This document shows positions 14,201-27,702 of a stretch of 64,000 bases of DNA, in pieces. The position numbers were made by a program, and so were the translations under genes. The stretch spans positions 1 through 64,000 of the forward strand of contig JAAILG010001095.1 of assembly GCA_012026655.1 (NCBI GenBank), written 5' to 3'. The stretch comes from Hydrolagus affinis. Lineage: Eukaryota. Numbering within the stretch: position 1 is the first letter of the stretch; every line of letters starts with the position of its first letter. Under the pieces are notes generated by a model. The model was given only the letters and a program-made list of their open reading frames with translations. It had not been told where the DNA came from and did no database searches.

Positions 14201-14727
14201 TAATATAAAGTATGAAGAGGAAGCAATTTATCAACAGTTTATTTACTGAGTATCAACTGTTTTGTGGTAAAATAAGGATTTCTTGTGACCTGGCTAGCTG
14301 TAAAGAGATTGATTTGGCTATTGTATCGCATCCTCTGAACAAGGGAGGCTGAAGTAGCACTCCTTCTCGGCCTGAAATATTAATACTCAGCCTATGCAAG
14401 TCAAGATTTATATTTGAATGAAGTTGCTTTCACAGTAGAAATATTTTATTCTGCCGGTCACTAACTTTTGTTCTTCCGAATGTTTTATTCGTTTTAGGCA
14501 CCTATATTGTTAATATAGGCTTCCAGGCACAAGATCCAAGTTTGAAGCCTATTATCAACTGATATTTTTTATGCAGGTGTTCCCCCGGGAATATGTTTAC
14601 CTTTCTCATTGATGTCAAGTCAGAGTGAAAGAAAACTAGCCAAAAGGAAAGTACTTTGTGCCACACTCGAGCATGCCTTCCAGTGAATGCACTGTGAGCA
14701 GATTTCCCAGTGTCTGTGGAGATAGAA

Positions 14728-15233
14728 CCAACAACAAAATTACGTTTGTATAGCGCTTTTCACGTCCTGACGCTGGACAGTCAATGTTTCAAACCTGAGC
14801 TGGGGTCAGGATTGGGGAGGCTGGAGGGAAAGGAGAGGATTTGGGGTGACCGATGGGACTGTCAAAGAGGAGGGTCTTGAGGCAGCATTTGAAGGAGACT
14901 AGGGAGGAGGCAAGGTGGAGGGGCTGCGGGATGGAATTCCAGAGGGGCAGAGTGGCTGAAGGCTTGCCTGGTGATGGTGGGGCGGGTGGGTCAGGAGACA
15001 TGGAACAGGCCGGAGACTGCTGAGCGTAGGGGGCAGGCATGCTCGAGTGTGGCACAATGTACTACTTGGGAGGGGGTTAGGAGGTCGCAAAAGTAGAGTC
15101 GGGCGAGGTCGTGGAGGGTTTTGAAGGTGAGGACCAGGATCTTGAATTGAATCCTCTGGGTGATGAGGAGCCAATGGAGTCAGGCAAAAATGGGTGAGAT
15201 GGGTTTCATAGTGCTTGGAGCGATATGGGGACG
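14728..15233 (-). mobile_element. L2 LINE 3' fragment
   Basis: Frameshifted ORF2 end (LWNSIPQPL...FKCCLKTLLF) plus (TTG)n tail. Confidence 0.85.
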
Positions 15234-18200
15234 TAGAACTATGAACATGTACAACATAGTAGGAGGCTATTTGGCCCATTTGTTTCAAGTTTGTGTTTGC
15301 TCCTCCAGGAAGCCATTTAACCTAATCTTGTGTTTGTGATTGTCCACATTTCAATCAAAGACATTATATAAATCGACAAAGTAACATGAATATATTTTCC
15401 ATGCTATTTTAAAATAATCTTACATGCTACCACATTTATTATTATAATTATTATCACAAGGTCGTTGAAATTAACAATAATTAATTATATCAGTTATAAT
15501 ATATTATAACTATGAATATAATCCTTATTTCAACCCTCAGCTCAGTGTCAAACCCTTAATGTTCAACACCTTGGGATATCATTCTAATGTGAAAAATGCT
15601 ATACTGTATAAATGTAATTTTGTTGTTGTTATCGCAGACCTGAAAGATTTGTCCTTTGGATGGCAAATGTGGCATACAAACCCTGGCAGTTCAACCTTTA
15701 TTTCATTTTTACTATTTTGACTTTAATTTTATTTGCTAATGGAACCTACTCTGTACATTTCCAAACACCTTTTCTAAACAAAACTTTAAAACACTACTCT
15801 TATTATTACAAAATTATTAAATTATGATAGTACCTTGATGAGCTTTTATGCCCAAAGAGCCTTTTTTTTCATAGCGTTTCTTCTGTTTCTAAAAATGATT
15901 ACTCTTGGCACACATTGATTCACATAGTAGAGCTCTTGAGAAAATATACAAACGCTTGCAATGGTCTAATTTGTGTATTTCAGAAGAATTTAGAATTTGG
16001 ATTGAGAATTCAAGTTAGGTGACTTGATTAGGACATGATTACTATGGTCCTAGTTTGATTCTGGTAATCTGGTCTGAAATCACGATTAACTATAAATCCA
16101 CAGGCTACTTGCAAACATAAATACAATGAGTTCATTTGCACAAACAATAAAGATCAACTCATTTTCCAGCAACTAGTTTATCACCTAATTTGCAATTCTA
16201 AAGCACCTAATTTGAAAACTCTGCAGGTGATAGCAAAGATTGTATTATTTGTTAACTAGGCAATAGACCTGGAAAATAACAATGTGTTGAAATTAAGCCA
16301 TTAATAAGGTGATAGACTTGGATGCCTGAATATGATGCTTTGGGCAGCATGGTTGCTAGATGAGGGATGTTTTTGTTAACATCAATAAACTCTCAAATAA
16401 TTTTTCTGTTTGCCATCTGGTTTGACCCAAATTAAGCAATAGAATTTTTGAATTCATCTATACTGATGGTCAACAGATTTGATGTTACTCAATAGTTTTT
16501 AGTAAATGGAGTATGATCACTCAAAGTAACTCTAATTTAAAAAGAACCATAATCCATAGAAATATATAAAACAGAACAAGGCCAGAACATGTCCTTGATT
16601 TTAAATTACACATGTCTTCGACAGTGCACCATTTTATGATAACTCTTGTGACATGTCTGCTAAGATTAGAAAATTACTCATCTGCTGAATTATAAAGATT
16701 AATATTCTGGAATTATTAAAAGTTCTGTTATTTCCACATTCCTACATTGAAGCTGCAGCTTTGCTTGTATTGTAAATTCACATCTGATTTGTAATCCATG
16801 TTATTGGTGTAGGATTATTCATCCCATTCTTCACTGAAAATAAAGATCTCAGCTGTTTTGAAAGTGAATTTGAACTGATCTTGGCAACTGGGGATGAATA
16901 TTAAACATGATGTCTGATTTATAGGCCATAATAACAATGCCAAGATAATCACCTTGATACAAACTAAATGTGGTGAGCAATAATGTTTAACTGAGAATGT
17001 TCTTTAAGCATTATCTTTACTATACCTCTCATACCCTTCATTTGTTTTCACACACTTGACCCTACTGAATCTCAATGGGGAACATTCCTATGAGATGCAA
17101 TACAATTAGTTTGCATATGTCAATTAAGAGTCTTAAATCACACTGTTTACCAGTACCACCTGAAACTTCAGCCAGTTCAGTTTACCACACCAGTTGGGCT
17201 CGCATTTGGCATGTAGAACTGAAAAAATTCCCAAACTGTACCTTTGTTTCAGAGACACTATCTAATGACATTTAGTGGTGATACAGGCTGAATGCATTCA
17301 CTTTCCCACAACAGCTGTCTTCAGTGGCTGTATTACAGTTGTTTAGTAAGTATTATTGTTCATCCATGAGCCTGATAAAATACAGAGGCTGTGAGAGGCA
17401 CAGCTTGGGGTAAAAGTCCTCTCGATTGACGCAATATCTTTAAAGGGTATTCACCATACTAGGATGTTGGTAGAAGGTGAAAGAGGTTAAATAGATTGGA
17501 CAATAGTATCAAAAGGAGCATCCAACAAACTATACCAGTACAATTATTGCTACTGGGGCTACAATGATGTCCCAATGCGTAAGTAGATGAAATAATATGG
17601 AAACAAGTGGCGGTTGCTGTAGCTAAAATGTAATTCTTCAATGTCTTTGAAAAACTTAATGAGATCAGGTAATTGACTAGTGAAGCACAAAACTTTACCT
17701 TCAATTAAACAATCAAAGACCTTCAAACATTAAACACCGTCATTCTTACATGCTTCTATTTCAGTTATCAAGTCAATATTTGATCAACTGTTGTCACAGA
17801 AACCATTTCCTCTGCACTCCTGGACTGGCAGCTAGGGGCCACTTTCTATATCATTAATTCAATTAGTCTGGCTTAATTTGCAAATAATGGAACTCCTTCA
17901 CTAAAGTAGATTCCAAAGGCAGCTAAGGAAAAGTGAGGCTTCAATTCATTGTGCACTTAACATCACTATTTGTCTTGCAATTAGACATCATTCACTAGGT
18001 GATGCGATGAGCCGACCGTGTTCTCTTGTCACTTTAAAAAATTACAGAATTTTCTGCCTGAATTCCCCCTTCTGATAACTGCAAACAAGGCTGAATTAGA
18101 AAAGCATGTAATAAAATGAAAAAAGAACATAATCTTGGCTGGATGCTTCTCTGTCTATGTACATTAGGTGAGTGCTAGTTTTCCTTCAATTACCTAACAA

Positions 18201-18469
18201 CATTATCATTATTGATTTACAGTTCTGACGTTTAATTGACTATTTAGCACCTCAAAAAGGGGACATCTCAGCTTCTAAAATATATTATGAATCATTAATT
18301 TAATGCAAAGTTCCATCCTTATTAATTATACACCTTAATTCAAATTTCCATATACGACATTTGTAATATGATGCAAATGGAGTATCAATTGGAACACTTG
18401 GATCACAATTATCAATTAATCTTCCACATTTTTAATCTTTTTTGTATATAATGGTCCTTATTTGACAGT

Positions 18470-19150
18470 AATAATAAAAAAAACTTGCTTTTAACATAGC
18501 ACTTATCACGTTTTCTAGACAACTAAAAGTGCTTCACAGAATATACTGTAAAGTGAAAAATTAAACATGGCAGTCAACTGCACACAGCAGTGTCCCACAA
18601 ACAGTCATGAATTGAAATGACCAATTTATTATTATTGTTTTCTTTTGAGGGATTATAGAAGTAGAGGGGACCAAGGCAATGGAGGGCTTTGAAGGTGAGA
18701 ACCAGGATCTTCAACTGTATCCTCTGTGTAATGGGATGCCAATGGAGTTGGGCAAGGATGCACATGATAGGGTCATGGAGTCTGGTGCAGGAGATGTCAC
18801 GGACTGCTGAGTTCTGGATGATCTGCAGCCTATGGAGGGAGGAGCTGGGGATGCTAACAAACAAAGAGGTTGCATTGTCAAGTATGGGTGTTATGAATGC
18901 ATGTATGAGGGTCTTGTGCCCTGTGATATCAGACAGTGACAGAGGCGGGCAATGTTGCGGAGGTGGGGGAAGACAGAGCAGATCATGGCACAATGTTGGG
19001 TAGAAAGGATAATTCAGGGACAAATAAGATGCTGAGGTTCCGGACTGGCTGAGTGAAGTAGAGTGTGCCATCCATGGATGATGATGACTTCAGTGGCTGA
19101 GGAGTGGAGGCCCTGACAGCAGCCAATCAGGACATGGTGGTGAGAGAGGA
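18470..19150 (-). mobile_element. SINE 3' half (18470-18657) joined to an L2 ORF2 fragment (18658-~19150)
   Basis: TLIHAFITPILDNATSLF...LQIIQNSAVR...LAQLHWHPITQRIQLKILVLTFKALH is characteristic of L2 RT C-terminal sequence. Confidence 0.85.
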
Positions 19151-19278
19151 GTTAAAGTTACTTTAAGAGCTACAAAAAAATAGGCTTTAAAATTAAGACT
19201 AAATTTAAACATTTACCAAACTGTCTGATGGCTTTACTGCTGATAATTGGTTAGGATCCACCCCAGTTGACAATTTAA

Positions 19279-19515
19279 AATAATAATCCTTGCATTTGAT
19301 AAAGCAATATTTTGACGTCTTCTAGACATATCAAAGCAGAATATACTGTAAAGTGAATTGACTGTATATTTGTGGCCAAAATATGGCAGCTAATTGCACA
19401 CAGAGTGTCCCACAAACAGTCGTGGATTGAAATGTCCAATTTTATTATTGTGTTTTTTTTAGGGATTATTATTAGGCATGTAAAGACTGCTCTAACCACT
19501 GAGCTATAGGACTCC
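19279..19515 (-). mobile_element. Young SINE with internal deletion
   Basis: Same head, core and tail as 29211-29517. Confidence 0.85.
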
Positions 19516-20500
19516 ACACAGCAGCTTTTGACTCTCTGCTGTGAAAACCATGTTGCACTATAAACCATGCTGGTTAGATAGATAGAGGGTGAGACTCTGA
19601 ACATGTAGAAACATTTTCTGACATAATTGCATTCTATAACTAATCTATTAAACTCATCTTCATCAGTTTGTGAATTTCAGTAACTATACAAACTCATGTA
19701 AATAGACATCTTGCATAGTATTACTATTACATTATTTCAGTTGTTTGATATTCTCAATAAGATGCTGATTTCTCTTGTCCAGAAGAACATTGCCATGACC
19801 AGAAATTCATATTAGTGATGTCCATCTTGGAGCAGAACTTCTTGTTGCCACAGAATTTCATGTCATTACTGCAGATGGGATTCTGTGCAGAAAATCAGCT
19901 GTCAATCTGCCTGTGATCAACAGTTTGAAGCAAAGACAGAAACACAAGGAAATATATAAATATTTTTCTTTTCTAGTATTTTGGGATGATGTGAAGATTC
20001 ATTTGAATATTTACTTTTAAGAAGGAATCTGATTAATTAATTTTACATTTAAATTCTTTTGAAGATTTGCATTCAATGTTTTCTTTACAGATAACTTTAA
20101 TTCAGTGAATTCAATTCATACCACCAGCTGAAAATCACCCAAATTAATGACTTCAAGGATGTGCAGATTATCAAAGGCTACTGAACCGAATGACTGGAAA
20201 TACTAGTACACAAAATAAAGGATTACTCACACACTGTTGAACTGGAATCAGTGGAGGTCTTCCAATCATTAACATTTTGCTTACTAAAAAGCTCTTCTCT
20301 ATTTGCCTTTCTGCTAAATGATAACCTTTTTCAAGTCAAATTTCTGATGAGAGTCAAAGACAAGAGCAAAGTTGTGTTGTAAAGGTCATATAGATGCTGA
20401 AACAACAGTAAATAGACTACATGCAAACAAAGCAAAAGAACAAGTTTACAGAGAAATTTAAGATTGCTTCACCTGTAGTTCCAATTCAAACTCACTTGTT

Positions 20501-20790
20501 ACATAGAATTGCATTGATTATTTAGGCCATTCAGACCAACTAGTCCACATTGTTTTTTGTACTCCATATAAACCTTCACCCCTACATATGCCTTCTTCCT
20601 ATTCTCTCCCATACCTTTCTATTCCCTTCTCCTTCATGTATCTGTCCAGTTTTATCTTAAATGCATTAATGCTTTCTGCTTCAACCATAGCTTCCGGCAT
20701 TGAGACCTACATTTTTTTATAATCGTTAATGTAAAGGCATTTCTGCTAAATTCTCCTTTAGATTTCCTGGCAATCTTATATTTCCCCCTC
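20501..20790 (-). mobile_element. Diverged CR1 LINE 3' end
   Basis: ggccattcag...ttcccttctccttcatgtatctgtccagttttatcttaaatgcatt...gcttcaacca matches the reverse of a CR1 terminus. Confidence 0.6.
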
Positions 20791-23700
20791 TTTGTTTATT
20801 TTGTGTGACAACCAGAAATAGCCAAGAACACGTTCTAAATCAAAAATCAATTTCCCCACTTTTTTCTACTTGAGAATAACATTATTGAAACAAAGGCACC
20901 AAAACTACTACTGCACATCCTCCCATCCCAGCCGATGGTTCAATGTCACATTCTTCTTCAACTGTGGTAAATATCTCTACTTGTATCACTGTACTAAAAC
21001 TTAAATAAATCACAACATTTGTACAATTAAACCAATAGTTCTTTTTTACGTGGTATCCATCACCTCCATCCAGAATAGATAATCTTAGAGCATTGACAAC
21101 AAATATCTAGAAGGCCTTCTACTCTTGTGCACCATCAGTATTTATAACAAAGGAAATTTTGCCCACATATATACAGTCCATTCACTTTACAGTATATTCT
21201 GTGAAGCGCTTTGAGACATCTAGAAGATGTGAAAAGCGCTATGTCAAATGCAAGGATTATTATTGTAATTATAAGGATATCATATAAGCCAATTTGGGGT
21301 TCAGGTGTAATGTATAAAGAAGTTTCAGCTGAGAACTGCACCATGTAGTGAGAGTCATGTACACATTCAACTAGATGTAATACCAACTGAAAGTGTGTAA
21401 ATTCCATAATTTTTAGTAGTTGCAAAAGCAATGCAAACGCTTCCAGTCAACTATAAAATGAGTAATTCAGTCCTATATTCTAAAACAACTTTTTACAAAA
21501 ACTTGAATGTTTTATTAAAAATAAAGTGTGCAGCCTGAATCTCATTCATACTTGCGACAATAGTGTATTTTTTACATTCAAGATTTTTTAAAAACTCAAT
21601 ATTTCCTCTTTTAAAACAAAGTTAGAAGGTAAAATCAAATATATGTTACTGACAATCATCATCATGTTTAAAAATGCTTTGCACATTTACATTTTCTCCT
21701 CACTGCGTAGTGGACACACATTCATCCATATTGTATCCAAAAGTTTTCTTTTCTCCACTTCTGATAATAAATATCTTCTCGGGGTACACAGTACTCTGCT
21801 ACTCTGGCTTGTATTTACATTAATTTCACCTGCCATCTCTTAGCCAAGATGTTTTCAAATGCTATTCATCAGTCTTATATTACACGCATACCCTTGTAGC
21901 TTAGTGCCAACAAATTTTATAATATTGCAGAATGTCTGAGTCACTTATGAATAGTGCAATATTGCAATCTCGTCATTATTGTATGTCTAGAAAGCAATAC
22001 TGTTTTATGATTACTCTCACATAACTTTTTTTAAAGTTATTATTCTTCTAAAAAAAATTCTATTACAGTATAAAATAGGGTTGTATTGTGGCAAAATGTG
22101 CCTTTTGTGCTTACAAAAGTGTAAATTAGTGGAATTATAAATGAAAAAAAGATTTGAAATAACTATCATGAAAGGTTTTGATTGTGGTGGCTAGTGAACA
22201 TTGTGTTTTTACATTATCATGTTTCCAGGATAATATTTAAACAAACAATGCATTTCCAGTTTCTGTACACATTATTGGTAGGGTTAATCCTAGTAATGGG
22301 GTTCAACAATTTGCCACTAATCAATAGTTTAATATTTCATATTAGATAACATTTGTAATTCTATTAATTTTTAACTCACAGATATATACTGACTTCAATT
22401 TACTGTAATCTCCAAACATATTTGTATAACAATCATTTCAAATGTTAATAAAACAAGGCAATCTAACCTTTTTTTTGGAAATGATGGACCATCATGTTCC
22501 TCCATTCAGATAATTCTCCTATTCTGGGAATACAATCAGATGAATGGAATGGTTCATAGGACAACAATTGTTCAAGGTCGAAGACAGTGCATGTGGATGA
22601 CGACAAACATTGATAAATAATATTCTTGGCCCCATCAATTCAGTTTAATAATGCTTCTTTCCAACACAGTGTATACGATACAAATTCTTGGTGTGATTAG
22701 TACAACCAACTATCAATTATTTACTGTTTGCCTGCGCAACAATCACTAAAGCCATCAGCGATTGCTCCCATCTTCCACAGTTTTGAATAAACCAGAGCCC
22801 CCACACCAATACACACACCACCACCACACAAACTAACGTGGCTGTCATTTATATATTCAGTCAGCAAAATACACGTCTCTGCAATTTGTATTCTGTGAAG
22901 CGCTTTGAGACAACTTGAAGACTTGATAAGGTGCTATATCAAATACAAGGATTATTATTCACAGGAAATCTCTTGCAGGCTAATTTGACACTCCACAATT
23001 TTGACAATTCTGACTAAACAAAATAATAGAATAGATACTACAATTTAAATCCTAATGCTTAGGTTTTCAATATCAGATTCTTTATAATATCTATTTTAGA
23101 ACTTGTGGATAGAAACTGAGGTATTCCATATTGTGAACCACATGTGTCACTCTGTGTGGACAACCTGAAATGATGACAGCATTTCAAATTTTTTCACACA
23201 GAACAACACTGCTTTTTGTAAAAACAAACTTTAACTCTATCTATTGTGCATGAATATCAAATGCAATAATGAAATGAACATGTAGAACGCTAACCCTAGC
23301 CCTAAAGGTATCATCAAGCTACATGTGTGTCTTACAACGTACACCTAAGCATCTCAAGAAAGTAGATTATTTTTCCTTTCATCATATCATTTGTTTATTT
23401 TTGTACATTTAGTTAATAATGAATTATTCACAAGGAATAGTTGAATGGCCTCCTCCTATGCTACACATATTACTATAACAGATATGTAAAGTCACATTCC
23501 TATCTCTGGAAGAAATTGTGATACTTTCTGACTGAATTACTTTACACGTACATCTAAAAGGATTTCGGGTTGAAACAATCCAGAAATATTATATAGATTA
23601 TAAAACAGTGCACACTACATTTATATTTATATGTGACATTTTATATTACAAGATTGATTTAAATTAAAATCTCTCACCAATGGAGTCCTGGTTCCAAACA

Positions 23701-23795
23701 AATACTATGTATCCATTGCCTTTGATTGAATTGGAGTAGAAAATGAAGACATGTGCTAATACTATTGTGTATTTAATGCTCCAAACTTGCTTAAT

Positions 23796-24083
23796 GGAGT
23801 CCTGTAGCTCAGTGGTTAGAGCTCTCGCCTCTCGCAAGTGAGGAATCCTGGGTTCAATTCCAGGCAGGGTGAAACCTTGGGCAAATTTCCTTACTCCACA
23901 CACCTGATAATAATCTCTCAAGGGAAAAAAAATGGTGATTTAAATTCAGGTCTGTCTGTGGGACACTGATGTGCGCAATTGGCTGCCACATTTTGCCCAC
24001 AAAATGTACAGTCAATCCACTTTAGAGCTTTGAGACGTCTGGAAGATGTGAAAAGCACTATATCGAATGCAAGGATTATTATT
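23796..24083 (+). mobile_element. Young tRNA-derived SINE, full length
   Basis: A box tagctcagtgg, B box ggttcaattcc, Deu-like core, tail atgcaaggattattatt. Confidence 0.9.
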
Positions 24084-26756
24084 AAAAACAACTTCAAGAA
24101 GTGAGTCGGGGATTTTTTTATTAATCTTTACAGTGAATTTTAATGAAGTTTCTGATTATACTCCTTTTTTAATATTAAAGAAAAATTGATTTGGAGGAAA
24201 CCCAGTTCTTACTGCTGCTGGGTAACCAAAATTAGATTGTTTTCCAAATCGTAGGTCAGGCGACCACATTCAAATTAACTTTCAAACAAGGACCTTTTTA
24301 AGAAATCCCATCAATTTATTGCCTTCGTTGCTGTAATAATATCCCCGCAGAGGTTTCTTTCGAGGGGAATGAAAAACCGCAATGTTAGAATGATCAATAA
24401 TCTAAATAAAAGAAAAATCACGGTTGGTTAACTCCCTAAATTGATCGTCTGTCCGGCTTTAACTCGCCTTTGGAACATCATCTGTACACATATGTTGACC
24501 CACTTGAGCTTTAAGCGTAACGACTTCTTACAAATAAACGCAGCGATATTTAGTTTAAAATGTGTGTGAGACAAACCAAACATCAACAACTTTGGTGGTA
24601 CCTTCGAGCTCAGTAACTGAGAGCAGCTATGGCTAGCCCCTGCCGTCACACACGTGGGATATCATTAAAGTGGAGGAGGAACAAACTATTGTATCTCAGT
24701 TTGCAAATGGGTGTTTTTTTCCCGCTGATGTCTCTGATATTTCTCTTAATTTTCGCTCTCGACTCTCTAGTTCTCTTTGCTGCGTTTTAAATGAGGCTGC
24801 GTCTTGTTGATTCTCTGGGTTTGCACTCACTGCTACAGGCAAGACATATTTCTGACAAGTAGACCATGACTCACAAAATAAAATACAGTCATTACCACCC
24901 ACCCCCCCCCACCCCATCACCCTTCAAGTCCTAACAGCCTATAGACCTGTATGTGGTTTTGGGGGGGATTGTTTCAAGGTCAACTGAAACTAGACTTCTT
25001 GCAATCACATATTAGGAAACGTTACCCTTTCTTGTTGCCGCTGACGGTCAACTCTGTAGGAACAAGACAAACAACAAAATTGTTTTTTGACACGATAACA
25101 CATAGGCACCGACACAGAGAACAACCACTTCAAGTTTCACATTTGAACGATTCGTCTCTGTTTTCGGCAACTTGTTCCAATTAGTTCGAATACAAATATT
25201 GTTGCCTAGAATTAGGTCTGCGGTGACCTCGTCACCAGCCTTCCCTTTCAAAATGAAACCCCATCAAAAATAAACACACACACACAATAACATAGCCTTT
25301 CTCCGTCCATCAGTATATAAAGGGCAATGTTGGTACCACAGTGATTGGCGTGAATAAGTTATTGGGCGCGACTGTATGCAACAGCCAAATCAACATCATT
25401 AAATCCATAGAAATTCAGGTGATTATTCAGTAAATCGAAATGTACCGAAAACTTAATGTAGAGGTTTTAAGACACTAGCATTCCACTTCTAAGAAATATT
25501 ACCACTCTTAACAATTAAATAATAATTCTTGCATTGGGCATACTGTATAGTTGCTTATCACAAAGTCGAGAATGTCTCAAAGCGCTTCACAGAGATTCAG
25601 TGTAAAGGTGTGGCTTTATTTGCAGATTACTGTGTGAAATAGTTTCATGCAATCTCAAACAAGTTCCGAACTTCACAACACAAAACTCACCAAATTCAGC
25701 ACTACATTGGCAATCTCACAAAATGACATTCATCCATCATTGAAATCTGGCAATATGTCGACATTAAAATATTTCAGCGATGTTCCATTATAGGTCACAT
25801 TGCAGAAGAAGCAGAAATATCAAAGGGGATTTAATTCGGAGAAACGTTTGTGGATATATATATTTTTTAAAGTTAAGAACTTATTTTAAAGTTAAGAACT
25901 TATTTTAAAAGATCACCTTTCATTAGGTCTTTTTTTAAATAAACACTGAAAACATTTTATTTTTGTTTTCATATAATGTCGTGGTTTCAACCTAGTTGAC
26001 AATTGTATATAAATATCTTCATATCTTATAAATATCTTATTTCCTTTCTTGGACTATTGAAGTTTCAAAACGGGAATAAAGTCTAGTTTTATCTTCGAAT
26101 GGCACATGGGATTTGAATTGGATGAATTGGATCTATTGTCATGAACAGTGGCTAAGAGCAGAAGAACAAGTGCATAGTTGTTCACGTATTATTGTTCATA
26201 TAAAGTAACATGTAATACTGGGACTTGGTAAACCTATCACTCCCACCATTTATATCTCCAACAACAATCTTCTTATGAGAACAAACCAAATGTTTTAGGC
26301 AACCAAGTGAATAACAGTGCAATCATAATTTCGGGTTGGGTTAAAAATAATCTAACGTCATCTAAACATCTCATTTTTATCTCAATTGATCTTAAATTGG
26401 CTGCATTATATTATAACTTATAACGAGCTTGACCCAGAAAAAAAAACCTGAGGAAGAAATTAATTCAAATCCCTAATGTTGTACAGTGATTTCAAATCAG
26501 ATCGTATCGAACTTAAATTGTGAAATATGTGTATTTTTTAAAAGGAATCTACGTGATTATAATTTATTCAGAATTTATATGTGATACATCTATGCATTTT
26601 AAACACATATAATTTTGTTGTTGTTGTGAATGGATGCATTATTTCACTACGTTTCCATAGATACCTTTAGAAGTATTTATCCTATGAAACCACTGGATTT
26701 AGGACAATTTAATTCATTATAATTTAGTGTTATGGTACAATACTAAACATTCATGT

Positions 26757-26955
26757 TTTATTGAAGGGGGTCAAAATGAACGCAAATGACAATTCATCCA
26801 TGTTATATAGCCTGTTATCTATAGCAACCGCAGTAAATGTGTATATTTGCAATAAAAAAAACAAGATACTTCTGAATCGAGTGTGATTTCATGCACGTTC
26901 CACATTTATTGACCACATGAATATTGACCACATGAATGTCTCAGAAACATTTATT
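26757..26955 (-). terminator. Candidate HHEX polyadenylation signals
   Basis: Minus-strand AATAAA at 26950-26955, 26905-26910 and 26757-26762. The last is followed by a GU/U-rich stretch. Confidence 0.5.
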
Positions 26956-26989
26956 TACACAATATACACGAAGACGTTTGCTCTATGAG

Positions 26990-27020
<31 letters not shown>

Positions 27021-27462
27021 ACCACAAACGTTTTACTGTAACCTCCAAGTCAATGGCAATTAAAAATGTCACAGCCTTTTTTTTCGATGTATAAATTACT
27101 CGATCTTTACCCAGTTTAAACACGTTTTTCTTACAAAATGGAATATTACACGGAGCGGATTATTTACACAGTATTAAAATATTCAAATTTTCTAACAACA
27201 AAAAAAAGGGATTGCACTGTACATAAATACAACACACAAGTTAAATACAGACGCTTTAATCATGATTAGAGACCGATGGGCTATTGATACGGAAGCATCT
27301 TAACGACACATATATAGCTTTCAACTCGGATCTTATACATTCTATTGCTGTAGTTTCAGGAAGTAGGACCTACCTATGAGTCCGGTCCTGTAAAGTACTG
27401 TATAAGGTCAAGATACTATTTTCTCCAACACACTAGAGTCAGTCCCCTTGATTATTTTAAAA

Positions 27463-27702
27463 TCACGCGTTTACAGAATAAGTTATCCTGTCGTCATCTA
27501 TGTCCACGTCTTCGTCGCTCTCGTTTGATTCCTCAGATTCATTTTGCTGAGAAGCTGGAGAAATTGGGCAATGGGATTCACTCAACGATATTGGTATATT
27601 CTGATCGGGGCTCAAACATCTCTCTCGCCTCTTCTCGCATTGACCTTCGGTGGATTGATCAGAATTGTCTAGTTCTTCCCTTTTTGTTCCTTGAGGGTTC
27701 TC
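27463..27702 (-). CDS. HHEX: HHEX exon 4 coding part (240 nt incl. TGA)
   Basis: [16 protein letters not shown]...[32 protein letters not shown]; acidic activation domain. Confidence 0.94.
   Translation of the reverse strand, partial: ENPQGTKREELDNSDQSTEGQCEKRRERCLSPDQNIPISLSESHCPISPASQQNESEESNESDEDVDIDDDRITYSVNA

Noticed and set aside
23289-23305. Telomere-like ctaaccctagcccta
   Set aside because: Only about 2 degenerate units; compatible with chance
23796-23870. tRNA-like sequences (also at 11180-11252, 29445-29517, 29737-29810, 41449-41510, 47209-47265, 56540-56609, 62276-62345)
   Set aside because: They have A and B boxes but run into the SINE body and tail and lack a consistent cloverleaf. 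They are SINE heads, not tRNA genes.
25865-25908. 19-bp tandem duplication; also (TA)n, (GA)n and poly-G/C runs elsewhere
   Set aside because: Ordinary slippage repeats with no spacer structure; not CRISPR-like
1-27000. EXOC6, expected downstream of HHEX by synteny
   Set aside because: No EXOC6-like peptide recognised; it probably lies outside the window
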